From positions 64,001 to 128,000 of the forward strand of contig CAVVEU010000020.1 in assembly GCA_963747235.1 (NCBI GenBank): 64,000 nucleotides of DNA, read 5' to 3'. Shown here piece after piece: positions 22,054 to 30,474 of the stretch. The notes below the pieces were generated by a model that was not told the DNA's origin, did no database searches, and saw only the letters and a list, made by a program, of their open reading frames with translations. A program made the translations under genes and the position numbers. The stretch is from an uncultured Candidatus Rokubacteria bacterium. Its GTDB lineage: Bacteria; Methylomirabilota; Methylomirabilia; Rokubacteriales; CSP1-6. How positions within the stretch are numbered: the first letter of the stretch is position 1; every line of letters starts with the position of its first letter.

Positions 22054-23007
22054 CTAGCGGGCGAGGGCGACCACCGAGAGCAGCTCGAAGAGCAGGTTGG
22101 CGGCCAGCACGCCGGTGATGGCGCCGGGCCCGTCGTAGGGCGGCGAGACCTCGACGATGTCGCCCCCGGCCAGCTCGATCCCGCGCAGCCCGCGCACGAG
22201 CCCGAGCGCCTCGTAGGAGGTGAGCCCGCCCGCCTCCGGCGTCCCCGTCCCCGGGGCGTAGGCCGGATCGCACGCGTCCACGTCGAAGGAGACGTAGACG
22301 GGCCCGCCGCTCTCGAGGCGCCGCAGCCGCTCGACCGCGGCGGCGACGCCGCGCTCCTTGATCTCCTCGATGCGGATGACCTCGAAGGCGTGCTCGCGGT
22401 GGAAGTCGAAGTCCTCCGGGCCGTAGAGGGGCCCGCGGATGCCCACCTGGATGGAGCGCGCGCCGTCGATCAGCCCCTCCTCGATCGCCCGGCGGAAGGT
22501 GCTGCCGTGGTAGTAGGGCAGGCCGAAGTAGCGGTCCCAGGTGTCCGGGTGCGCGTCGAAGTGCACGAGCCCCAGGCGCCCGTGGCGCTTCGCGAGCGCG
22601 CGCAGCACCGCCAGGGTCACGGTGTGATCGCCGCCCACGCAGAGCGGGACCGCGCGGGCCTCCACCACCGGCGCCAGGGTCTGCTCGATGGCCGCGAAGG
22701 TCGCCTCGATCGACACCGGCACCGCGTCCACGTCGCCGCAGTCGGCGACCCGCAGCCGCTCGAAGGGGTGCACGCGCAGGGCCGAGTTCCACGGCCGGAT
22801 CAGCGAGGACTGCTCGCGCACGTGACGCGGGCCCATGCGCGCGCCCGAGCGGTAGGAGCAGCCGCCGTCGAAGGGAATGCCGCAGAGGGCCACGTCGAGC
22901 CCCGCGGGCGACTCCACGTGCGGCAGCCGCATGAACGTGGCCGGCTGCGCGAAGCGAGGCGACGCGAAGCCGTCGCGCTGCTTCGGATGCTCGCGGGACG
23001 GGTCCAT
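22054..23007 (-). CDS. speB: Agmatinase/guanidino-acid ureohydrolase
   Basis: GIPFDGG..R.GARMGP, GGDHT, HFDAHPD, HGSTF, SFDVDACDPAYAPGTGTP metal-binding motifs. Exact substrate uncertain. Confidence 0.8.
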   Translation of the reverse strand: MDPSREHPKQRDGFASPRFAQPATFMRLPHVESPAGLDVALCGIPFDGGCSYRSGARMGPRHVREQSSLIRPWNSALRVHPFERLRVADCGDVDAVPVSIEATFAAIEQTLAPVVEARAVPLCVGGDHTVTLAVLRALAKRHGRLGLVHFDAHPDTWDRYFGLPYYHGSTFRRAIEEGLIDGARSIQVGIRGPLYGPEDFDFHREHAFEVIRIEEIKERGVAAAVERLRRLESGGPVYVSFDVDACDPAYAPGTGTPEAGGLTSYEALGLVRGLRGIELAGGDIVEVSPPYDGPGAITGVLAANLLFELLSVVALAR

Positions 23008-23028
23008 GGCAGCGGCGGTGCCGGCCGG

Positions 23029-24246
23029 CTAGAGCGTGCCGCGCAGGGTTGCCACCGCCGCGGCCAGGCGCTCGACCTCGCCCGCCGTGGAGTGCACCGA
23101 GAAGCTCGCGCGCAGCGTGCCCGCGATGCCGAGGCGGCGCATCAGCGGCTGGGCGCAGTGAAAGCCCGCGCGCACCGCGATCCCCTGCTGGTCGAGCAGC
23201 GCGGCGCCGTCGTGGGGGTGCAGCCCCTCCACGTTGAAGGCCACCACCGCGCCCTTCATCTCGGGATTGCGCGGGCCGTAGAGGGTGACGCCCTCGATGC
23301 GCCCCAGCGCGTCCAGGCACTGCGCGACGAGCGCCTGCTCGTGGGCCAGCACCTCGCTCATGCCGAGCTTGCCGAGGTATTCGCACGCCGCGTGCAGCCC
23401 CACCGCCTCCGCGATCGGGGGCGTGCCCGGCTCGAAGCGCCACGGCAGGTCGTTCCACTGCGCGCGGTCGATCCAGACCTCCTTGATCATCTCGCCGCCG
23501 CCCCAGGCGGGCTCGAGCTTGTCCAGCACCTCGCGGCGCCCGTAGAGCACGCCGATGCCGGTGGGCCCGAGCATCTTGTGGCCGGAGAAGGCGTAGAAGT
23601 CGGCGCCGATCGCGTTCAGGTCGAGCGGGAGATGCGGCACCGCCTGGGCCCCGTCGAGCAGCACGAGCGCGCCGGCCCGGTGCGCGCGCTCCACGATCTG
23701 GGCCACCGGGTTGATCGTCCCGAGCACGTTGGAGACGTGGGCGACCGCCACCACGCGTGTGCGCGGGGAGAGCAGGCGGTCGAAGGCCTCGAGGTCGAGA
23801 TACCCCTCCCCGACCACCGGGATCGCGCGCAGCACCGCGCCGCGGTCGCGACAGGCCATCTGCCACGGGATCAGGTTCGAGTGGTGCTCGAGCTCGCTGA
23901 CGATGATCTCGTCGCCCGCCTTGAGCGTCCGTCCCACCGCCTGCGCCACCAGGTTGATCCCCTCGGTGGTGCCGCGCGTGAAGATGATCTCCTCGCGGCT
24001 GCGGGCGCCCACGAAGGCGCGCACCGCGTCCCGGGCCGCCTCGTACCGCTCGGTGGCTTCCTCGCCCAGGGTGTGGATGGAGCGGTGCACGTTGGCGTGG
24101 CTCGTCTGGTAGTAGTTCGAGATGGCCTCGATCACCGCGAGCGGCTTCTGGCTGGAGGCGGCCGAGTCGAGATAGACGAGCGGATGCCCGTTCACGATGC
24201 GGGAGAGGATCGGAAAGTCGCGGCGGGTCTTCTCGCCCAGGTTCAT
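23029..24246 (-). CDS. sufS: SufS-type (group II) cysteine desulfurase
   Basis: YLDSAASSQKP, ANVHRSIH, EHHSNLIPWQ, FSGHKMLGPTGIG (PLP Lys), RAGFHCAQP. Confidence 0.92.
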   Translation of the reverse strand: MNLGEKTRRDFPILSRIVNGHPLVYLDSAASSQKPLAVIEAISNYYQTSHANVHRSIHTLGEEATERYEAARDAVRAFVGARSREEIIFTRGTTEGINLVAQAVGRTLKAGDEIIVSELEHHSNLIPWQMACRDRGAVLRAIPVVGEGYLDLEAFDRLLSPRTRVVAVAHVSNVLGTINPVAQIVERAHRAGALVLLDGAQAVPHLPLDLNAIGADFYAFSGHKMLGPTGIGVLYGRREVLDKLEPAWGGGEMIKEVWIDRAQWNDLPWRFEPGTPPIAEAVGLHAACEYLGKLGMSEVLAHEQALVAQCLDALGRIEGVTLYGPRNPEMKGAVVAFNVEGLHPHDGAALLDQQGIAVRAGFHCAQPLMRRLGIAGTLRASFSVHSTAGEVERLAAAVATLRGTL

Positions 24247-24617
24247 CGCGTCACCTCCTGACCGCTGAGGGCCTCCTGCAGGACGCTCAGCGGGAGCGTC
24301 ACGCACTTCATCCGTGACGGCCGGATATCGGAATCGAGCCGCTCCAGCAGGCTCGACGGGGTCTGGGTCTGCGCGAAGCCCACCGGCTGGCCGAGCGCGG
24401 CCTCGAGCAGCAGGTCGGCGGAGGCCGCGCAGATCGCGCAGCAGTCGCCGGTCCAGCGGGCCTCGGCCAGGCGCCCGTCGGCGAGCCGGCCCTGGATGCG
24501 CACGCGGTCGCCGCAGAGCGGGTTCACGTCCTCGTGGGCCACGTCCGGGCGCTCGATCGCGCCGCGGAAGAGCGGCCGGCGGAAGCGCTCCCGGATCACG
24601 TCGCTGTAGAGCGCCAT
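24243..24617 (-). CDS. sufU: SufU/IscU-like sulfur-transfer or scaffold protein
   Basis: MALYSDVIRERFRRP, NPLCGD, GDCCAICAASA, RMKCVTLP (tail of ORF 24243..25601). Confidence 0.8.
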   Translation of the reverse strand: MALYSDVIRERFRRPLFRGAIERPDVAHEDVNPLCGDRVRIQGRLADGRLAEARWTGDCCAICAASADLLLEAALGQPVGFAQTQTPSSLLERLDSDIRPSRMKCVTLPLSVLQEALSGQEVTR

Positions 24618-24619
24618 GG

Positions 24620-25666
24620 TTACTCGGCCAGCTCGCCGCGGGCGCCGGTCTTGCGGTACGGCGGGAAGCGGTACGCGCTGTCGCGCGAGAGCAGGCCGCC
24701 GTGGCCGAGGGCGGCGATCTCGGCCGCGCCGGTCGGGAGCCCGGCCAGGATGCGCGGCAGCACCAGGTCGAACGTGGTCGCCTGCGAGAACATGCCGCAG
24801 GCGGGCATGCCGAGCACCGGGTGCCCGCGCACCTCCGCGATCCACAGCAGGCTGCCCGGATGGGCCGGCGCGCCGTGCCGGATCATGCGGCCGCCCAGGC
24901 GCTCGAGCCCCGCGAAGACCGGATCGAGCGGATCGAGCGAGCCCGCGCCGGCCGCGATCAGGATGTCGGCGCCGGCGGCCAGCAGGGCCTCCATCTCGCC
25001 CGCGACCGCGGCGGCGTCCCCGGCCGCGTAGCGCACCGGCAGCAGCCGCGAGCCGAACCAGTCCACCTTCTCGGTCAGGGAAGACTCGAAGCGCTGGCGC
25101 TGGGGCGGAGCCAGGGTCTCGCGGCTCAGCGCGGCCAGCACGTGAGGCTGGAAGGGCTTCACCGAGACGAGCCCGCCCGCGCTCGCCGCGCGGCTCTCCG
25201 CGTCCTTCACCAGCCGCTCCGGGATGGCCAGCGGGGTGATCTTGGCCCGGGCCACCGGCTCGCCCGACTCCACCGGCTGCAGATCGTAGAGCGTGAAGAC
25301 CGACATGCCCTCGAGCCCGTTGACCGCCGCGACCGCGGGCGCGTTGACGCCGACGAGGCCGCGCCGCTGCGCCGCGAGCGTCCACTGCCCGCCGGTATAG
25401 CCCTTGACCTCCACGTTGGCGCCGCAGGCCGCGGCGGCCAGGCGCGAGCCGGCCGGCTCCTCGTGCACGTCGCCCGGTTCCAGCTCGAGCAGGTGCACCT
25501 CCTGCCAGGGCAGCGCGAGCAGGCGCGCCGCCGCGGCCGCGTCGAGCGTCTGGCCCTTCGAGATGGCCACCTTCCCGGCCTGGTCGCGCACGTCGTGGCA
25601 CGCGATGCGCCCCTCGAGCGCGTCGGGGGTGACGTCGCTATTCCGGTTTACGGCAACGGCCTTCAA
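24620..25666 (-). CDS. Molybdopterin-binding (MoeA/MoCF_biosynth-like) protein
   Basis: C-terminal part of ORF 24620..26854 from TTG: CHDVRDQAGKVAISKG, LEPGDVHEE, SLDPLDP, HGAPAHPGSLLW, GMPACG, FDLVLPR. Confidence 0.7.
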   Translation of the reverse strand: MKAVAVNRNSDVTPDALEGRIACHDVRDQAGKVAISKGQTLDAAAAARLLALPWQEVHLLELEPGDVHEEPAGSRLAAAACGANVEVKGYTGGQWTLAAQRRGLVGVNAPAVAAVNGLEGMSVFTLYDLQPVESGEPVARAKITPLAIPERLVKDAESRAASAGGLVSVKPFQPHVLAALSRETLAPPQRQRFESSLTEKVDWFGSRLLPVRYAAGDAAAVAGEMEALLAAGADILIAAGAGSLDPLDPVFAGLERLGGRMIRHGAPAHPGSLLWIAEVRGHPVLGMPACGMFSQATTFDLVLPRILAGLPTGAAEIAALGHGGLLSRDSAYRFPPYRKTGARGELAE

Positions 25667-25678
25667 GGCTTGTTCTGA

Positions 25679-25709
25679 TTGGGGGGGAGCGGCGCCGCTC
25701 CTCCCCCAA
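25679..25709. repeat. Intergenic palindrome / REP-like element
   Basis: TTGGGGG-GGAGCGGCGCCGCTCC-T-CCCCCAA: perfect 16-bp core palindrome with extended arms. Confidence 0.6.
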
Positions 25710-25764
25710 GCCCCCCCACCACACTCATCATTCGTCTGTCCTCGGGCTCCATGCTCGGCCGCGC

Positions 25765-26854
25765 CTACTTGAGGCCGCGGCGTACTTTCTCGGAGATGGG
25801 CATGCCGGTGGCGTTGCGATGGGTGGCCAGGGCCTCGGCCAGGATGCTCAGCGCGATCTCGGGCGCGGACTGGGCGCCCAGGTCGAGCCCGATCGGCACG
25901 CGCACGCGCAGCAGCGCGTCCTCGGCCACGCCGTCCTCGCGCAGCAGGTTCAGGATCGCCGCGCCCACGCCGGCTGCTGCCGAGGAGCCCGATGTAGCCC
26001 GCCGGCGTGCTCAGGGCGTGCTTGAGCACCGGGAGGTCGTACTTGTAGTCGTGGGCGACCAGCACCAGCGCGGTGGTCGGGATCAGCGGGACCTGCTGCA
26101 CCAGCTCCGACGGCACGCCGATCCGGAGATCGTCCACGTCCGGGAAGCGCTCCTTGGTGGCGAAGCGCGGCCGGCCGTCGATCACGATCGTGCGGAAGCC
26201 GAGCGTTCTGGCCAGCGTGACGAGCGGCATCGCCACGTGGCTGGCGCCGACCACGATCAGCGTGGAGGGCGGCGCGAAGACTTCCGCGAAGGCGCGCACG
26301 TTCTCGAGGAACAGCGTCCGCGACTTCCCCGCGGCCATGGCCTCGCGGGCCTCCGCGGCGAAGCGCTGGTCGAGGAAGGTATCGCCGAGCGTGCCCTCCT
26401 GCTTGCCGTCGTCGAGCAGCAGGAGCTTGGCGCCGTTGTGGGGCGCATCGAGGCGGGTCACGATCACCGCCCGCCCGCCCTGCTCGGCGTGGACGCGCGC
26501 CCGCTCGTAGTAGACGAGCGTCGTGTCGTCCTTGTCGCCGAGCGTCACCGGCTCCAGGAAGACCTCGATGGTGCCGCCGCAGGTGAGCCCGATCTCCCAC
26601 GCTTCCTCGTCGCCCAGGTTCAGCTCGAGGAGCCGCGGGGCGTTCTTGCCGAGCACGTCGGCCGATTCCTCGATGACCTGCGCGTCCACGCAGCCGCCGA
26701 TGGTGACCGAGCCGAGCACGCGCCCGCCCTCGCCCACCAGCATCTTCGCCCCTTCCTTCCGGGGCGTGGTGCCGCGCGTGTTGACGAGGGTGGCCACCGT
26801 CACCTTGGACTCGTTCTGCTTGAGCTGGTTCAGCTGCTCGGAGAGCTCGGTCAT
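25765..26854 (-). CDS. xdhC: XdhC/CoxI family Moco maturation chaperone (frameshift near 25965)
   Basis: GTTPRKEGAKM, GSVTIGGCVD, IGLTCGGTIEVFLE, YIGLLGS, PIGLDLGAQSAPEIALSILAE. Confidence 0.88.
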
Positions 26855-26859
26855 GTCGA

Positions 26860-28014
26860 CTACCTCAGGTTGAGATGGCTGGCCAGGTCGCGCAGGCTCG
26901 CCAGGTTATGCGCCGCCGCGAAGTGGTCCACGAGCGGCAGCGCCGCGGCCATCCCTCGCGTGAGGGGCTCGTAGGACGGATTGCCCAGCAGCGGGTTGAG
27001 CCAGATGAGCCGGCCCGCCTTGCGCTTGATCGCCAGCATCTCGTTGGCCAGGATCTCGGGCTCGCCGGTATCCCAGCCGTCCGACAGCACGAGGACGATG
27101 GTGTGCCGATCCACCAGGTTCCCCCACCGCGCATTGAACTCCTGCAAGGATTCCCCGATCCGGGTCCCACCGGAGAAGTCCCGCACCTCGGTCAGCTTCG
27201 CCAGGGCCTGGCGGTAGGACGCACCCTTGAGATGCTCGGTCACCCGCGTCAGTCGCGTCGAGAAGGTGAAGGTCTCGACCCGGCCGAAGACGTTCTGGAG
27301 CGCGTAGAGGAACTGGAGCAGGAAGCGGCTGTAGAGGTCCATCGAGCCCGAGACGTCGCAGAGCAGGACGAGCCGGACCTTGCGCCTCCGGCGCTCTCGC
27401 CTCCGGAGCTCGATGATCTCGCCCTTCATGAGGTTGGCCCGCATGCTGCGCCGCATGTCGATGACCCCGCCCCGTCGGGTCGGCCGCTTGCGCCGGCTGA
27501 TGCGCCGGGCCAGCCGCTTGGCGATCAGGATCGTGAGCCGGGCCACCTCGTCGAGATCCTCAACCGGAAAGGCCGAAAAGTCCTGATCCATGAGGATTTC
27601 TCGGTCACTGACCCCGGGGACCTCGAGCGGCTCTCCGTCGTCGTCGCCCTCTTCCTCCCAGCCTTCGAGCGCCACCGAGACCTTCTTCTGCGCCGCCTCC
27701 GCCCCGGTATTGCCGGCGTGCTCCTCCGGGATGGCCGCCTCGGTCGGGCTCATGAGGCCGTCGAGCCCCTGCCCCTCGTCGGCCTGGAAGCGCCAGAAGA
27801 CGTCGAAGCAGCGGTCGAAGGCGGGGAACTCCTCCCGCCGGGCGACCAGGGTCGTGCGCAGCGCCAGGTAGACGTCCTGGCGGTCCATCAGGTCCACGAC
27901 CTCGAGCGCCCGCACCCCGTCCATCAGCTCGCCGACGGTGAGCGGCAGCCCCGCCGCCCGCAGCATCTGGCCGAAGCGGAGGACGGCGGTGGTGAGGTCG
28001 CGGGGTCCCGCCAT
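26860..28014 (-). CDS. coxE: CoxE-like VWA-domain protein
   Basis: LCDVSGSM MIDAS motif, FSTRLT, SGGTRIG, LSDGWD, WLNPLLG. Confidence 0.88.
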   Translation of the reverse strand: MAGPRDLTTAVLRFGQMLRAAGLPLTVGELMDGVRALEVVDLMDRQDVYLALRTTLVARREEFPAFDRCFDVFWRFQADEGQGLDGLMSPTEAAIPEEHAGNTGAEAAQKKVSVALEGWEEEGDDDGEPLEVPGVSDREILMDQDFSAFPVEDLDEVARLTILIAKRLARRISRRKRPTRRGGVIDMRRSMRANLMKGEIIELRRRERRRRKVRLVLLCDVSGSMDLYSRFLLQFLYALQNVFGRVETFTFSTRLTRVTEHLKGASYRQALAKLTEVRDFSGGTRIGESLQEFNARWGNLVDRHTIVLVLSDGWDTGEPEILANEMLAIKRKAGRLIWLNPLLGNPSYEPLTRGMAAALPLVDHFAAAHNLASLRDLASHLNLR

Positions 28015-28015
28015 G

Positions 28016-28907
28016 CTAGCCCTCGGCGGCCACGAAGCGCTTGAGGCCGCTCGACGTCAGCTCCCGCTTGAAGCGCTTGATGTCGTCGGCGTCCTTGAGC
28101 ACGCAGCCGAGCGTCTCCAGCACCAGGTCCTCGTCGAGATGATTGGCGTGCAGCGAGGCCAGGGCCTGCGCCCAGTCGAGGCTCTCGGCCACCCCCGGCA
28201 CCTTGGAGAGGCGCATGGTGCGGAGGCCTTCCATGAAGCGCGAGATCTCGCGGGCGAGCGCCTCGTTCACCCCGGGGACCTTGCGGGTGACGATGCGCAC
28301 TTCCTTCTCGAACCCCGGGAAGTCGATCCAGAGATAGAGACAGCGCCGGCGCAGCGCATCGGAGAGCTCGCGCACCCGGTTCGACGTGAGGATGACGTAC
28401 GGCGGGATGCTTGGCCTTGATCGTGCCGAGCTCGGGGATCGTCACCTGGAACTCGGAGAGCACCTCGAGGAGGAACGCCTCGAATTCCTCATCCGCGCGG
28501 TCGACCTCGTCCACCAGCAGCACCGGCGGCCTGCCGTCCTGGCTGATCGCCTGGAGCAGCGGGCGGCGGATCAGGAAGGGCTCGGAGAAGATCGTCGCTT
28601 CCTTCTCGCCGAGGCTGTGGGTGGTCGCCTCCTCGAGCTTGATGTGCAGGAGCTGCTTGGGGTAGTTCCACTCGTAGAGCGCCTGCGCGGCGTCGAGCCC
28701 CTCGTAGCACTGCAGGCGAATGAGGTTGGTGTCGAGCATCCGCGCCATCACCTTGGCGACCTCGGTCTTGCCCACACCCGCGTGTCCCTCGATGAGGAGC
28801 GGCTTCTTGAGCGTCATGGCCAGGTGCACGGACGTCGCGATGGCCGGATCCGTGACGTAGTCGGCCTTCTCCATCATCTGCTGGATCTTCTCGATTTCGG
28901 CTCTCAT
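28016..28907 (-). CDS. coxD: CoxD-like MoxR AAA+ ATPase (frameshift near 28405)
   Basis: EGHAGVGKTE, RLQCYEGLD, LYEWNY, DEVDRADEEFEAFLLE, RELSDALRRRCLY. Confidence 0.88.
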
Positions 28908-28919
28908 GGCCCTCTCAGT

Positions 28920-29522
28920 CTACACCGCGTGATTGCCTGCCCGGAGGTTCGCCCGGATCTTCTCATAGTCGTCGGGCGTGTCCACGTCCGGCGGCATGGG
29001 CAGGTCGAGCTCGACCCACTCCACGCGGGTCGGCTCCTTCTGGATGATGGGCCGCGCGCCCTGGTCTCCCGTCAGGCGCAGCAGCTCGGGAAAGATCTCG
29101 CGCTTGAACACCACCGGGTTGCCCTGCCCGTCGCGGTAGCGCGGCGCCACGATCAGCTTGGGGCTCGTGCGCCGCGCCGCCAGGAGCGCCGGAATGATGG
29201 AGGGCGCCAGCAAGGGCTGGTCGCCGAGCGCGATCAGGACCGCGTCCACCGACGGGGGCAGCGCGGCGATGCCCGTGCGGACCGAGCCGGCCTGGCCCTC
29301 CTCGGGCGCCGGGTTCTCCGCGATCTGCACCTCGATGCCGGACAGGGCCGCCTCGATCGGCTCGACGTCGGGCCCGGTCACCACCCACACCGAGTCCACC
29401 CCGCCCGCCAGGACGCTCTCGACGACGTACCGGATGATCGCCCGGCCGCCCACCTTCATGAGCACCTTGGACTGACCCATGCGGCGCGAGAGGCCGGCGG
29501 CGAGCACGATCCCCGCGATCAT
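28920..29522 (-). CDS. mocA: Molybdenum cofactor cytidylyltransferase (MocA/YgfJ-like)
   Basis: LAAGLSRRMG..K, LGDQP, GNPVVF, GDQGAR, DVDTPDDY. Confidence 0.85.
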   Translation of the reverse strand: MIAGIVLAAGLSRRMGQSKVLMKVGGRAIIRYVVESVLAGGVDSVWVVTGPDVEPIEAALSGIEVQIAENPAPEEGQAGSVRTGIAALPPSVDAVLIALGDQPLLAPSIIPALLAARRTSPKLIVAPRYRDGQGNPVVFKREIFPELLRLTGDQGARPIIQKEPTRVEWVELDLPMPPDVDTPDDYEKIRANLRAGNHAV

Positions 29523-29532
29523 CCCGCGCTCC

Positions 29533-29573
29533 AAAAACGACGCCCCGCGGAGGCCATCCCGCGGGGCTCGTCG
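29533..29573 (-). terminator. Intrinsic terminator or attenuator between coxM and mocA
   Basis: Minus strand GACGAGCCCCGCGG-gatggcct-CCGCGGGGCGTCG followed by TTTTT. Confidence 0.65.
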
Positions 29574-29596
29574 ACCGGACGTCTCACCCGAGCGGC

Positions 29597-30460
29597 TTAC
29601 TTCACGGCCGCGGCGGCCGCCTCCATCGCCCGCTTGGCGAAGACCCGCACCAGGTGGCTCTTGTACTCCACCGTGCCCTGCAGATCGGCCTGGACGTCCA
29701 CGCCCTCGGCCGCCTTCTCGGCCGCCGCCTGGATGGACGCCGCGTCGGCCGCCTTGCCGGTGATCGCGGCTTCCACGCCCTTGGCGCGCACCGCCTTGGT
29801 GCCCGCGCCGGTGACCGCGACGCTGGCCTTGCCGACCTTGCCGCCGTCCACGCTCAGCACCGCCGCGACGCCGACCACCGCGAACCGCGAGGCCGGATGC
29901 GGGAACTTCATGTAGGCGGCGCCGGTCTTGCCCGCCATCGCGGGGACGCGCACCTCGGTCAGGATCTCGTCTTCCGCGAGCGCGGTGGTGAGCAGGCCCT
30001 TGAAGAAATCATCGGCCTTGATGGTGCGCTTGCCCTTGGGGCCCTCGGCCACCATCTCCGCGCCGAGCGCGATGATCGCGGCCGGGTAGTCGGCGGCCGG
30101 GTCCGCGTGGGCCAGGCTGCCGCCGATCGTGCCCATGTTGCGCACCATCGGGTCCCCGATCTGGGCGGCCACCGCGGCGAGCATCGGGCACTTCGCCTTC
30201 ACGACCGCCGAGGACTCGACCTGGTAGTGGGTGGTCATCGCGCCGATGACGAGCGTGGTGCCGTCTTCCTTGATGCCGGACAGGCCGGACACTTTCCGGA
30301 GATCGACGAGGTGCTTCGGCTGGGCCAGGCGCAGCTTCATGGCCGGGAGCAGGCTGTGCCCGCCCGCCAGCAGCTTGGCGTCGTCCTTGTGGCGCCCGAG
30401 CAGGTCCAGCGCCTCTCGCACGGTGCCGGGCGTGTGGTACTCGAACTGGGCTGGGTACAT
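29597..30460 (-). CDS. coxM: Molybdenum hydroxylase FAD-binding (medium) subunit
   Basis: MYPAQFEYH, LLAGGHSLLPAMKLRL, VRNMGTIGGSLAHADPAAD. Confidence 0.92.
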   Translation of the reverse strand: MYPAQFEYHTPGTVREALDLLGRHKDDAKLLAGGHSLLPAMKLRLAQPKHLVDLRKVSGLSGIKEDGTTLVIGAMTTHYQVESSAVVKAKCPMLAAVAAQIGDPMVRNMGTIGGSLAHADPAADYPAAIIALGAEMVAEGPKGKRTIKADDFFKGLLTTALAEDEILTEVRVPAMAGKTGAAYMKFPHPASRFAVVGVAAVLSVDGGKVGKASVAVTGAGTKAVRAKGVEAAITGKAADAASIQAAAEKAAEGVDVQADLQGTVEYKSHLVRVFAKRAMEAAAAAVK

Positions 30461-30474
30461 GTCGGCGTCTCCCC

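Noticed and set aside
24620-26854. 744-aa XdhC-MoeA fusion ORF
   Set aside because: The true XdhC C-terminus is in another frame (25765..25968), and the linker translates an intergenic palindrome.
29902-29930. Third ECF-like motif GGAACTT-N17-TCTTG
   Set aside because: It is antisense inside coxM, with a different spacer and weaker -10, so probably chance.
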